Shown here: in pieces, positions 10,035 through 19,459 of the stretch
Numbering within the stretch: the first letter of the stretch is position 1
How the letters are laid out: each line of letters begins with the position of its first letter
DNA from: Nitrospirota bacterium
GTDB lineage: Bacteria > Nitrospirota > UBA9217
NCBI GenBank assembly: GCA_963790205.1
Contig: CAWBNQ010000005.1
Span: 256,001-320,000 of the forward strand
Direction: 5' to 3'
Length of the DNA stretch: 64,000 nucleotides
Position numbers and translations under genes: made by a program
The notes under the pieces: model-generated
The model's input: the letters and a program-made list of their open reading frames with translations, nothing else
What the model was told of the DNA's origin: nothing
The model's database searches: none

Positions 10035-10232
10035 CTAAAACTTGTGTGCGTACGCCTTGTAGAAGTCACATGATCTGCAGAATTCAATTTTTTCGCTGAG
10101 CGAGGCCTTCTCCAATTGGCCCATATTGCATTTTGTCCCCGTTATTTTCCAGCAGTCCAGGCCTTTGTTCGGATACGCTGGGCACGTTTGGAACGTTTTT
10201 TCAGGACAGTGCTTGAATTCCCAGCAATTCAT
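10035..10232 (-). CDS. two-CW domain protein
   Basis: NCWE..C...CPAY...CW..TGT.C...C..C.FY; AAGGAGG SD. Confidence 0.8.
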   Translation of the reverse strand: MNCWEFKHCPEKTFQTCPAYPNKGLDCWKITGTKCNMGQLEKASLSEKIEFCRSCDFYKAYAHKF

Positions 10233-10345
10233 GATGATCCTCCTTCTTTCTGAATAAAAGGTGACAGCAGTTTCAGAGTAAAGATGACCTGCCGTATTCG
10301 TCCTCCCGGAAAGAGTGGATCACTGTCCGGCCCGGGAATACTGGC

Positions 10346-10777
10346 TCATGGCAGCGAATGAAGGTTTCCTTCCCGGTCTTTCCTGATGGAATCGATCAGC
10401 GTTGCAACGACCCGCTGCGGATCCAGCAGCGGCTTGCACTGCTGCGACCCCTCGATCTGCTGCCGCAAGCACTCTTCTTCAACCTGGTTAAGGCTAAGGA
10501 ATTGAATGCCGGCCCGGTACCGGAACCCGCTCTTTTGACACCATACGAGAACGCCGCACTTTTGTCCGCAGACGCAGTCTTTGAACCAGATAATGCCGGG
10601 CTCGATCGGCCGTTCGGACTCGATCCCGAGGCCCGTTGCGCTGAGATCTACTATCCTGGCGCGGTGGTCTGTCCGCTCGAGGTTCTCAAATGCGATGACT
10701 CCGAGGGAACAGTCTCGCTGCACGGTGAGGGGGTGGCGTCTTAGCCTTTTTCTTTGATCGTCTCTTGTATCATCCAT
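10346..10777 (-). CDS. PilZ-like domain protein
   Basis: RKRLR motif and DLSATG (D/NxSxxG). Confidence 0.7.
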   Translation of the reverse strand: MDDTRDDQRKRLRRHPLTVQRDCSLGVIAFENLERTDHRARIVDLSATGLGIESERPIEPGIIWFKDCVCGQKCGVLVWCQKSGFRYRAGIQFLSLNQVEEECLRQQIEGSQQCKPLLDPQRVVATLIDSIRKDREGNLHSLP

Positions 10778-11036
10778 GATGAAAGTCCTGTCGAGCGAAA
10801 AGTTGTCTTGTCTTCTATAAAAATGCCTGCGCAGACTCTATTGGTGTTTTTCCCGGCGGCGGAAGTAATGCCGCACCTTATCTCAAAGATTACGCCTTGT
10901 CTGACGATGTCACGGATGACAAGTCTTTACGTCTTCCACCACAAGGATGACTTTCTTCCCGGATTTTTCCCGGGACTTGCGCAAAAAGGGCTTTCTCACA
11001 ATAAATACTCCATTGTTGAGCACTGAAAAATTAATT

Positions 11037-11414
11037 CTATCTTTTCAGCTCATCGCGGACCGCCTGCTCTAAAACGTCCGGGGTGAAAGGCTTTTTAAGA
11101 TAGCGCAATTTGCTTGCGTGAATCCCGTGACGGACAACGACATCGTCCGGATGTCCTGACATGAAAATTATTTTGATTGTCGGATAATAGTATAAAATAA
11201 CACGGGCAACCTCTGCCCCGTTCAATCTCGGCATGACCACGTCAACCAGAAGAACGTCGATCGGCGCACCAGAGGCGTCAATCCGCTTCAATGCTTCTAC
11301 TCCGTCTCTCGCTACGAGAACCTGAAATTCCGAAGTTCTGAAAATATCGGCGACAAGTTGACAAATAGTTGGGTCATCATCTACAACGAGTATGCTTTTT
11401 GTTTTTTCGATCAT
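11037..11414 (-). CDS. single-domain response regulator
   Basis: ILVVDDD, DVVMP, FMSG, KKPF; AGGAGG SD. Confidence 0.9.
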   Translation of the reverse strand: MIEKTKSILVVDDDPTICQLVADIFRTSEFQVLVARDGVEALKRIDASGAPIDVLLVDVVMPRLNGAEVARVILYYYPTIKIIFMSGHPDDVVVRHGIHASKLRYLKKPFTPDVLEQAVRDELKR

Positions 11415-11465
11415 AAGAGCGCCCTCCTGCGATGCCCCGAAAAGGGCCATAATTACCGTTATTGA

Positions 11466-11840
11466 TCAGTGGCCATCTTCATTTCCGGATGTTTGTGGAC
11501 ATTGAAGCCGCGCCCTGATATGGGACGCAAGTTTTTCCTGGAATTCGCTCGATGTCGAGGTTATATGATGCGAAAAAGGGTAACGCTGCCGCCAATAAGG
11601 GACGTCTTTTATGTTAAGGTCAGGCGGAGGACACCCTTTTTCGAAAAACCCGAAAACAACTCCATGCCCTGACTTTTTCGACTGTCCGCCTAAAGGGACA
11701 TAGATCTCCATAATATCTTCCGGCCGGTCATCCTCGCCTTTGCCAATATAAAAATAAGCGCCTGGCGGCAAATGCGTTCGGTACCGGAGAAGGAGTTCCC
11801 TGGCAGAAAGTTTCGAGAGATCACAGGCATCAGAGTCCAT
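11466..11840 (-). CDS. hypothetical protein
   Basis: 124-aa ORF tightly packed between co-oriented genes. Confidence 0.55.
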   Translation of the reverse strand: MDSDACDLSKLSARELLLRYRTHLPPGAYFYIGKGEDDRPEDIMEIYVPLGGQSKKSGHGVVFGFFEKGCPPPDLNIKDVPYWRQRYPFSHHITSTSSEFQEKLASHIRARLQCPQTSGNEDGH

Positions 11841-11853
11841 GATACATTCCCTT

Positions 11854-12165
11854 TCAGGCGGGAGAGGTCGCGTCCTTTTTCTTTATATAATTGTCCGGAT
11901 TTTCATCTCCCTCGAGGAACCGGCGGGAATCGTATTCCCAAGGGAAGCATTCTCCCTTTACGGTGTCGCAAGCTATGCAGGCAGGGACCCAATTCTCCCT
12001 GCAACGCTCTCCGTTGTTTAACTTCGGAATAAAGTAATTGACGTCCCATGCTCCCCGCTCGGCAAGCAAACCGTAATTTTGAAATATTAGATGCGTGCCG
12101 CAATAGACGCAACGGCCGTCCGTGCGGGCGTATACCCACTTGATTTCATCGTCCGTATATGCCAT
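11854..12165 (-). CDS. HNH-family protein with degenerate active site
   Basis: CVYCG...WDVNYFIP....G....N..PACIACD..KG; DH replaced by NY. Confidence 0.75.
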   Translation of the reverse strand: MAYTDDEIKWVYARTDGRCVYCGTHLIFQNYGLLAERGAWDVNYFIPKLNNGERCRENWVPACIACDTVKGECFPWEYDSRRFLEGDENPDNYIKKKDATSPA

Positions 12166-12560
12166 GGGTCCCCTCGTTTCTGGCCATGAACTCCCGATTA
12201 TAAAGTTATTGTCAGCATTCTTTAAACTGAAATCCTTAACATCATCCAGAATATTAGTGGATGCGAGCCGATTCCACTCTCTTCGAAACTTCCCGGAAAA
12301 CATCCGTTCTGTCGTCTATAGATTTAGTTCTAATCTCTCTAGAGACCCCGCTGCACTGAAATAGGAACCTTGTGCTGAATACCATGGGCTATGGCAAGAG
12401 GTTTTCCGTTATTTACAAGGCGCAGCTTAATCTTCCTTTTGAAATGGAATCTGACACAAGAGATCAGGGGAAAAAACCTTCTCGATTCAAAAAGTCGACG
12501 TGTAATTGCCGGCCTGATTCGGCCAAGTATTCAATTACTAGAAAGCTGGTTAAATGGGGT

Positions 12561-12836
12561 TTAAATAGGAGGTGCGCGATTGTCGATAGAGGCGGACACA
12601 GCTTTTGGGATAACGACCGAATCTTCTAAAGAGGATGATAGCTTGACTGTGGTTGCGTGAACTTCGGGGGGGGTGTTAGGGGGAGCGGCAAAAGGGAGAT
12701 GAGATGCCGCACAGATGGGACAGCTATCATGAGAATCGCCGTCTACGTGATCGTGTAGAGCGACGGCGACAACAGAGAGAAGGAGTATCGCGATAAAAAC
12801 CAGGGCTAAGCGTTTGAGCATGGTTGGCTTTAGCAT
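12561..12836 (-). CDS. DUF2946-like leader peptide (His-rich, CxxC, C-terminal RAPP)
   Basis: Hydrophobic N-terminus, HDH..SHDSCPIC, ends NRAPPI. Confidence 0.8.
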   Translation of the reverse strand: MLKPTMLKRLALVFIAILLLSVVAVALHDHVDGDSHDSCPICAASHLPFAAPPNTPPEVHATTVKLSSSLEDSVVIPKAVSASIDNRAPPI

Positions 12837-13369
12837 TTCACCCCGTATGGTCAAAAAACTCACGTCGAAGAATAGCGACATATTATTGCAAAAAACTATT
12901 GGTCAGTCAAGGATTTTTTGTGTTTGCTGGCACAAATTCGAGATGTACTGTGCAATGTTTATGAAATGCGCAACTATCGCGGATTACAGGACGGACTTTT
13001 AACAGCAGACTTCAAATGCTATTTATCGCCTCCTCGCTGATCCCAGCGATCCGAACAGCAGCCTACTATTCTGTAATGCCAATATTGTGACAAGGGAAAA
13101 TAATTCCGGTTGTAATATACACTTGAGCGAGCGGAACGAAATAGATTGAGTTTTGCCAGCGAAGCCAAGCCACTTCGCGCAAAAAGCTGTGCGCTCTGCG
13201 CGGGGGTTGTGCTCACAGTTCGCGTTTTGAGTGGATCAGGTTTCTTACCGCAAGGAAGCAGAGCGCTACGAGAAATCCTGTTTATCATGACAAGAATGCA
13301 AAAACGTAGTACGGTGCTTTTCTATCGCTTCTCATTTTTTCCATGAATCATACGTCTACATTTTTACGA

Positions 13370-13720
13370 TCAGCACGCCGTCTCACTGTGGTCGATAACC
13401 CGTTCGGCCACGCTACCCATGAGCAGCCTTTCAAGCCCTGCCCTGCCGTGACTGCCGACAATTATTAAATCCACATGCTTTTGTCGTGAAGCCTCTACAA
13501 TGGCCTCATAGGGTTTGCCGATCATTGTCATGGCTTCACTGGATACGCCTTCCTTTTTCGCCACGTCAATGACCTTTTGCACATTGTATTGCGCCGCATC
13601 AAGCTCAGTTTCCGACGAGGATACGGACACGGTCACAAGCAAGATTCCGCATTTTTTTGCGACGCCTATGGCTCCAATTGCCGCTGCTTCACTGAACTTT
13701 GATGCATGAACCCGATTGAT
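13370..13720 (-). pseudogene. universal stress protein fragment
   Basis: GKPYEAIV, DLIIVGSHGRAGLERLLMGSVAERVI; N-terminal ILVxxD strand missing and C-terminus cut short. Confidence 0.75.
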
Positions 13721-13894
13721 CATGATGTTAATTTTTGAAACACGCGTGTGGCGCAAAGTATTCTCCGCTCTGGCAAATAAATATGACAATCATACTGCTC
13801 CAAGAAAGTTCGCAGACACCGGCGCACCCGGCACATCATTTATAAAACCGAGACGGGACAATATCAAAATTAAGTCATGACCTTCGCGGACAGG

Positions 13895-14350
13895 TTATTC
13901 CGGATAATTGCGCGCGAACTCAATCAATTTTTGATAGTGTTCGTCATTTTGCGTCACCGCAAGGCCCTGCACCAACTGCGCGAAACTCTCGTTCGACTGA
14001 TCCATGACGATGGCCGCATAGTGTTCACCCGCGTCCGTTTCTCTGTCAAGCGCGAACCGGATGGCGTTCTTTATCGTGGGGTTCGTTTTCCGGAATTCGG
14101 AGATCGCGAAAAGCGTTTTATTCACCGCAGGCAGGTCTATCTCCACGCCGACGAACTCCCCCGGTGTCTTCCGCACGACCCTCTCCTGGTATTTGACAAG
14201 ATCCTGGTGGGCTTGTTCATCATGGGCGAGCTTCCGGAAAAATTCGCTTGCCCGCTCATCGTCCTTGAAGCTCATTGCAAGCCACCCATATACGCTTCCG
14301 AGGTCCCTTTCAAGATCACCCAGTTTTTTCAGCACCTTCAGGATGTCCAC
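13895..14350 (-). CDS. ferritin-like (rubrerythrin-type diiron) protein
   Basis: E...Y, LA.DEQAH, second E..Y..DEH; AAGGAGG SD before GTG. Confidence 0.75.
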   Translation of the reverse strand: MDILKVLKKLGDLERDLGSVYGWLAMSFKDDERASEFFRKLAHDEQAHQDLVKYQERVVRKTPGEFVGVEIDLPAVNKTLFAISEFRKTNPTIKNAIRFALDRETDAGEHYAAIVMDQSNESFAQLVQGLAVTQNDEHYQKLIEFARNYPE

Positions 14351-14378
14351 CTTCCGCCTCCTTTGCTCATATCGGCAA

Positions 14379-15731
14379 TCAGGACATTTCGACCCGATTC
14401 CGTCCCTCTGTCTTCGCCCGATAGAGGGCATTGTCTACTTTTTGCGTGAAACGGTCGTCGGTATCACCAACGCAGAGCTGGACCACGCCAAAACTGCACG
14501 TCACTTGCCGGACGCCGGTAAACTCGCGGTTTTCGACCTGGCGGCGCAGTTTCTCAGCGTATCGTCGCGCGTTGTCAGCGGCGGTGTTCGTCACCATGAT
14601 CATGAACTCCTCGCCGCCCCACCGCGCGAAGAGGTCGTGGACCCTGACGCTTTGAGCAACCAGTCCGGTCAGTTCCCGAAGGACGGTGTCGCCCGTATGA
14701 TGTCCGAACGTGTCGTTGATCTGCTTGAAGTTGTCGATGTCGAACATGATGAGCGACAGTGGCGTGCCGAACCGACTCGCCCGCCGCATCTCGGCGCTCA
14801 GCGCATCGTTAAACTTCAACCGGTTGGAAATGCCCGTGAGCGGGTCGGTAGTGGCCTGGCGTGCCAGGATCTCATTGAGCAGCTTCAGCTCCCCATCCAC
14901 CTTTTTGCGCTCGGTGATGTCCTGAAATGCCGCCACGGAGCCGACAACCTGTCTGTCGTCCCGCAAAGGGGTAGCGACGATGGAAACAGAAAACAAGGTG
15001 CCATCCTTGCGCATGAAAACGTCTTCCTCATCACGAAAGGTGCCGCCGGAGCTGATCGTCCGGAGCACGGGGCATTCAGATGCAGGCAATGGCGTCCTGT
15101 CCGCCTTTTGAAAATGAATCACCTCATGTACCTGCCTGCCCAGGAGCTCCGCTTCAGTCCAGCCGAGGAGCTTTTCCGCTTCGGGGTTCATGAACGTCAA
15201 GCATCCCTGCCCGTCGAGCACATAGATCCCCTCGCCGATCACTTCGGTTATATTGCGGAGTTTGGCTTCGCTGGATCGGAGGGCCTCCTCTGTTTTCTTG
15301 AGTTCGGTGATATCTTCGATCACGAGAAGCACGTAGTTGTCGCTTTCATATGCAATAGGGGACGCGGTGATCTGAAGGTGGACTTCAACGGTGCCGTCCG
15401 GTGTGATGAGGTCCATTTTCGCGTCCTCACGGCAAACCCGGCTCCCCTTTGCCGCTTCGTTCACGCTATTCCTGATAACGCAATCACGGCAGGCAGAAGC
15501 ATGCCCGCAGCCGCCCGGGGTCTCTTCCGCATGGATGCAGTGCAGCGCTTCGCCGCCACGGCGCATGTACACAGCTGTACGGTCTGCGCCGATCAGGCGG
15601 GAGGCCGCCGAGTTCAAATGGAAAACCCTGACGTCGGAATCAACCACCAAGAGCGTCGAGGGAACTGCGTCCAAGAGTATGTGCAGAAAATCAAGATTTT
15701 GGAACAATGAGTTGTTCATGAGAACCGTCAC
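14379..15731 (-). CDS. PAS-PAS diguanylate cyclase
   Basis: Two Cys-rich PAS domains; DPLTG; RVHD I-site; GGEEF. Confidence 0.93.
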   Translation of the reverse strand: MTVLMNNSLFQNLDFLHILLDAVPSTLLVVDSDVRVFHLNSAASRLIGADRTAVYMRRGGEALHCIHAEETPGGCGHASACRDCVIRNSVNEAAKGSRVCREDAKMDLITPDGTVEVHLQITASPIAYESDNYVLLVIEDITELKKTEEALRSSEAKLRNITEVIGEGIYVLDGQGCLTFMNPEAEKLLGWTEAELLGRQVHEVIHFQKADRTPLPASECPVLRTISSGGTFRDEEDVFMRKDGTLFSVSIVATPLRDDRQVVGSVAAFQDITERKKVDGELKLLNEILARQATTDPLTGISNRLKFNDALSAEMRRASRFGTPLSLIMFDIDNFKQINDTFGHHTGDTVLRELTGLVAQSVRVHDLFARWGGEEFMIMVTNTAADNARRYAEKLRRQVENREFTGVRQVTCSFGVVQLCVGDTDDRFTQKVDNALYRAKTEGRNRVEMS

Positions 15732-16082
15732 TCAGGAAACCTTCTGTTCTACCGCCGTAAGCAAAGCAACAACCTTCTGACTGATTTGATCAAGCTTTTC
15801 AAGCTCCTTCTTTGCTGCAATCGTGTCGCCGGCGCGCTTCAACTCTATGATTCGCTTGACGGCTGCGTGAAGATAAATATGCTCCTTCTCAAGGGTCTTC
15901 ATATCTTCGATCGTTCCATATTTAGTCATGCCGTCTGCGTACAGCCACTTGCCCAGGTCGCAGTCCTTGTGAGAGACAGCCTGTGCGTCTGTCAAGCTCT
16001 CCCGGCCGTCGAGGAATCCTCGCAACCTGCTCTTCCATGCAATATGCTTAGTCCGTGCAATAGAAAAATCTATCTTGGTCAT
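15732..16082 (-). CDS. stand-alone chemoreceptor zinc-binding (CZB) protein
   Basis: H..WK, SHKDCDLGKW, H...H. Confidence 0.9.
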   Translation of the reverse strand: MTKIDFSIARTKHIAWKSRLRGFLDGRESLTDAQAVSHKDCDLGKWLYADGMTKYGTIEDMKTLEKEHIYLHAAVKRIIELKRAGDTIAAKKELEKLDQISQKVVALLTAVEQKVS

Positions 16083-16343
16083 GTTACTTTCCTCCCTGTA
16101 AATATAAAATGTAAGATTCCGGAACGCTCCTTATAGACAACAATAGGTGCTATGAATTTTAACAAAAATATATTTGTAGTTACCCGGCAGGTCAACTGCT
16201 GAGCACAGGCACAGCAAGCGCAACAACGCCACTGAATAATAACACATCAGCTATTATCAGTATCCCTTTTCGTTGTCGCACGAAAACCTACAAAACCCTT
16301 CACGAGCTACCCGTGTCTGTGCGACGCATGCCAGGTCTAACCG

Positions 16344-17525
16344 CTAGGCAAGCTTGATCAATATCTCCACCAGAGCGGGGTCAAACTGAACGCCGGAAAA
16401 CGCCAAAAGTTCTTTCATCGCCGCTTCTCTGCTGAGCGCCTTCCGGTACGGCCTGTCGGACCGCATAACGTCCCAGGCGTCGGCTACGGCGATGATCCTC
16501 GCATTCAGCGGTATGCCTTCACCCCTCAGCCCGTCGGGATAGCCTGTCCCGTCGAAGAATTCGTGATGATAAAGGATCGCGGGCAGGGCCGGCCCAAGAT
16601 ATTTGAGCGGCTTCAGGATTTCGACGCCCTTGGCCGGATGGTTTTTGAGATTGATCCACTCGTCCTTGTCCAGCGCCGCGGGTTTGAGCAGGATGCTGTC
16701 GCTGATGCCGATCTTTCCCACGTCGTGGAGCAGCGACGCGATTTCGAGATAGTGCTTGTCCTCGGCAAGGAGACCCAGTTCATCGGCAATCAGAAGCGAG
16801 TAGTAAGAGACCCGTTTACAATGGCCGAAGGTGCTGAAGTCGCGCGTTTCCAGGGCCTGGGCCAGGGACGACAGCACGTCGATGTAGATGGTCTCCAACT
16901 CCCGCGTCCGCTCCTGGACCTTGGTTTCGAGCATCAGGAGCAGTTCCTTTTTCTGCCGGTCCAGCTCCCTCTTTTTGTTGACGAAGTCGAGGCTCTTGAC
17001 GAGGTCGGCGATGAAAAACGGCTTCGTCATGAAGTCCGTGGCGCCCAGCTTCAGCGCCTCTACCGCCAGGTCGGTGTTGCCGTTGGCGGTAATCATCACG
17101 AAATAGAGCCCGGGGTCGACTGCCGCCATCTTTTTCATCAGTTCGAGGCCGCGTTCCTTGCCGATATAGCAATCGAGAAAGGCGACGTCAAACCGCTCCC
17201 CGGCAATATGACGCAGCGCCTCCTCGGCATTCACGGCCGTCTTAACAAAATATCCCGAGTCGCTGAACATGAGCGAAAAAGTCTGCAGTATTCTCTTCTC
17301 GTCGTCCACGACGAGGATCCGTGAGACACCCTCCGCACCGTTTCGGCGTTCGAGAGAGGAGGAGATCCTTGCAGTACCGTCACCGGCGATGGGGGTCGCG
17401 CTTTGTTCTCCCGCACCGGAAAACTCGGTCACCCCTGCGTTCATGGATGAGAAAGCGGCTGTGTTTATAGGGACCGTCTGCCCGCGAGCGTCATCCGGCA
17501 TTTCATAGGGTTTGAGATCCATCAC
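16344..17525 (-). CDS. response regulator with HD-GYP phosphodiesterase domain
   Basis: REC domain plus LLHDVGK, HHE..DGTGYP, RPYR. Confidence 0.93.
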   Translation of the reverse strand: MMDLKPYEMPDDARGQTVPINTAAFSSMNAGVTEFSGAGEQSATPIAGDGTARISSSLERRNGAEGVSRILVVDDEKRILQTFSLMFSDSGYFVKTAVNAEEALRHIAGERFDVAFLDCYIGKERGLELMKKMAAVDPGLYFVMITANGNTDLAVEALKLGATDFMTKPFFIADLVKSLDFVNKKRELDRQKKELLLMLETKVQERTRELETIYIDVLSSLAQALETRDFSTFGHCKRVSYYSLLIADELGLLAEDKHYLEIASLLHDVGKIGISDSILLKPAALDKDEWINLKNHPAKGVEILKPLKYLGPALPAILYHHEFFDGTGYPDGLRGEGIPLNARIIAVADAWDVMRSDRPYRKALSREAAMKELLAFSGVQFDPALVEILIKLA

Positions 17526-17983
17526 GTTGTCCTTATCGTAAAGTTTACGGTTATGCTGCCATGTTTTGAGGTCACGAGCACCTGGAACAGCTCCAGCCCG
17601 TCCGTAATAAGGGGAAGCTCGGTGCGGCCTATGGTCACGGGCGGCTGGACCGAAAAAACAAAGCCCTGATCGCAGAGCGCGCTGACGGCATTTCCCGCAA
17701 TCATGTTCGCCAACTCGCCGAGCGTGTCCGCCCCGAGAAGGTCCGTTGACCCGCAGGCAAAACCGTTCATTGCCGTGCAGATTTTCAATGCTGTCGCTGA
17801 GTCCATGTTCAGGATGATGCTCTCTCCTGAATGATCGTAGAGCCCGATGACCACTGAGACGTCGCCGGCAAGCTCATGCCCCCGGAGAAGCGAAACGTCC
17901 CCTTGTCCGACGTCGGACTGAAATACATTTTTCAGAACGCCCATGGTGGACGATACAAACGGCCCGATGTACTCCAGTTTCAT
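17522..17983 (-). CDS. cheX: chemotaxis phosphatase CheX
   Basis: YIGPFV, GELANMIAGNA, PP motifs. Confidence 0.85.
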   Translation of the reverse strand: MKLEYIGPFVSSTMGVLKNVFQSDVGQGDVSLLRGHELAGDVSVVIGLYDHSGESIILNMDSATALKICTAMNGFACGSTDLLGADTLGELANMIAGNAVSALCDQGFVFSVQPPVTIGRTELPLITDGLELFQVLVTSKHGSITVNFTIRTT

Positions 17984-18387
17984 CGCGGGCCTCCGTTCTC
18001 GCCCCTTACGACGTCGCTGATGACCAGGGTGGCGTAGTCCGGGCTGAACGGCTTCGTCAGGAAGCTCTTGGCCCCAAGTCCGATGGCTTTCCAGACCATT
18101 TCCTTGTTTCCTAGGGAGCTGATGATGACGACTTTGGCATTCAGGTCCCGTTCCATGATTTTTCGGAGCGTGCCGATGCCGTCGAGCCCGGGCATCGTGA
18201 TGTCGAGGAGCACGAGGTCGGGGGAGAGTTTCGCGTAGAGAGCTACCGCATCAATGCCGTTGTTCGCTTCACCAACGACGCTTCCCCCCAAATTTACAAC
18301 GATAGCCGCTATGTTTTTCCTCGCGAACTGAGAGTCGTCCGCTATAAGACAGGTGAAGGTTTCCTGCAGTTCAGTGTTTTGCGACAT
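17980..18387 (-). CDS. cheY: CheY-like response regulator
   Basis: LIADDS, LDITMP, KPF; within che operon. Confidence 0.85.
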   Translation of the reverse strand: MSQNTELQETFTCLIADDSQFARKNIAAIVVNLGGSVVGEANNGIDAVALYAKLSPDLVLLDITMPGLDGIGTLRKIMERDLNAKVVIISSLGNKEMVWKAIGLGAKSFLTKPFSPDYATLVISDVVRGENGGPR

Positions 18388-19459
18388 GTGCCGTCTCCTT
18401 TGCCGAAAAATGATTAGTCAGGTATCCTCCCAGGTTTTCGAGAGAAACCACGTCCATAATATGGTTTCGCTCTATTGCGGCCTTCGGCATGCCGAAAACG
18501 ATGCAACTCTTCTCGTCCTGGGCAACGGTCACCCCGCCGTTCGCCCTGATCTCGCCGATCCCGTCGGCCCCGTCCGTTCCCATGCCGGTCATGATCAGAC
18601 CGGCTGCGTTACTGCCGTACTCGGCAGCCACTGAGCGGAACAACACGTCCGCGGAAGGACGGTGCCCGGAGACCGGCGCCGCATCGGACAGAACCGCAAT
18701 GGCGCCCAGGGGCAGCCGCTTTACCTTGAGGTGCCGGTTTCCCGGCGCGATGAGCGCCCTCCCGGGCAGGACGAGATCGCCGTCTTTCGCCTCCTTCACC
18801 TCGATCGATGACAAGGCGTTCAGCCGGGAGGCGAACATTTCAGTAAATCCCGCGGGCATGTGCTGCACGATGAGCACCGCGGCCGGAAAGTCTCCGGGCA
18901 GCCGGGGCAGGAGATACGTCAGAGCGTTCGGTCCTCCCGTGGAGATGCCGATGGCAAGCACCCGTTCAGCCGAACTGATCCGGGCGGGCCGCGCCGTCTT
19001 CCGCGGAAAAGACGCGACAGGCCTCGCATTCACCATAGTCAGTCTCGCCACGGGATTTTCAAAAGCGGACTTCACCTTGGCGATAAGGTCGCCGGCGATC
19101 TCCGCGATATGCACGGAGATGGCGTCCTGCGGCTTCGTTACGTAGTCGAACGCCCCGATCTCAAGCGCCTGAAAAGTAAGTTCCGCGTCCTTTTTCGAGA
19201 GCGAGCTCACCATGATGGTCGGCGTCCCGAACTCCGCCATGATGCGCCGCAGGGTCTCGATGCCGTCCATCCTGGGCATGTCGATGTCGAGGGTGACGAC
19301 GTCAGGCCGCACCTCCCGCATCTTCTTGAGGGCGAAGAGGCCGTCCATGGCAATGCCCGCGACCTCGATCTCCGGATCACGCCGGAGGATGTCTGGGATC
19401 ATTTTCCGCATGAGTGCGGAATCGTCCACCACCAGGACCCGTACCCGTCTTTCCTTCAT
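18371..19459 (-). CDS. cheB: chemotaxis methylesterase CheB
   Basis: REC domain plus GISTGGP, QHMP, GMGTDG. Confidence 0.96.
   Translation of the reverse strand: MKERRVRVLVVDDSALMRKMIPDILRRDPEIEVAGIAMDGLFALKKMREVRPDVVTLDIDMPRMDGIETLRRIMAEFGTPTIMVSSLSKKDAELTFQALEIGAFDYVTKPQDAISVHIAEIAGDLIAKVKSAFENPVARLTMVNARPVASFPRKTARPARISSAERVLAIGISTGGPNALTYLLPRLPGDFPAAVLIVQHMPAGFTEMFASRLNALSSIEVKEAKDGDLVLPGRALIAPGNRHLKVKRLPLGAIAVLSDAAPVSGHRPSADVLFRSVAAEYGSNAAGLIMTGMGTDGADGIGEIRANGGVTVAQDEKSCIVFGMPKAAIERNHIMDVVSLENLGGYLTNHFSAKETAHVAKH

Noticed and set aside
14061..15710. 549-aa plus-strand ORF
   Set aside because: Antisense shadow of the PAS-GGDEF and ferritin-like genes; no motifs of its own. The same applies to the many antisense ORFs over the che and kinase genes.
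16140..16340. Hairpin-containing spacer upstream of the CZB gene as a riboswitch
   Set aside because: Only a gtcgcac/tgcgac stem; no recognisable aptamer consensus.
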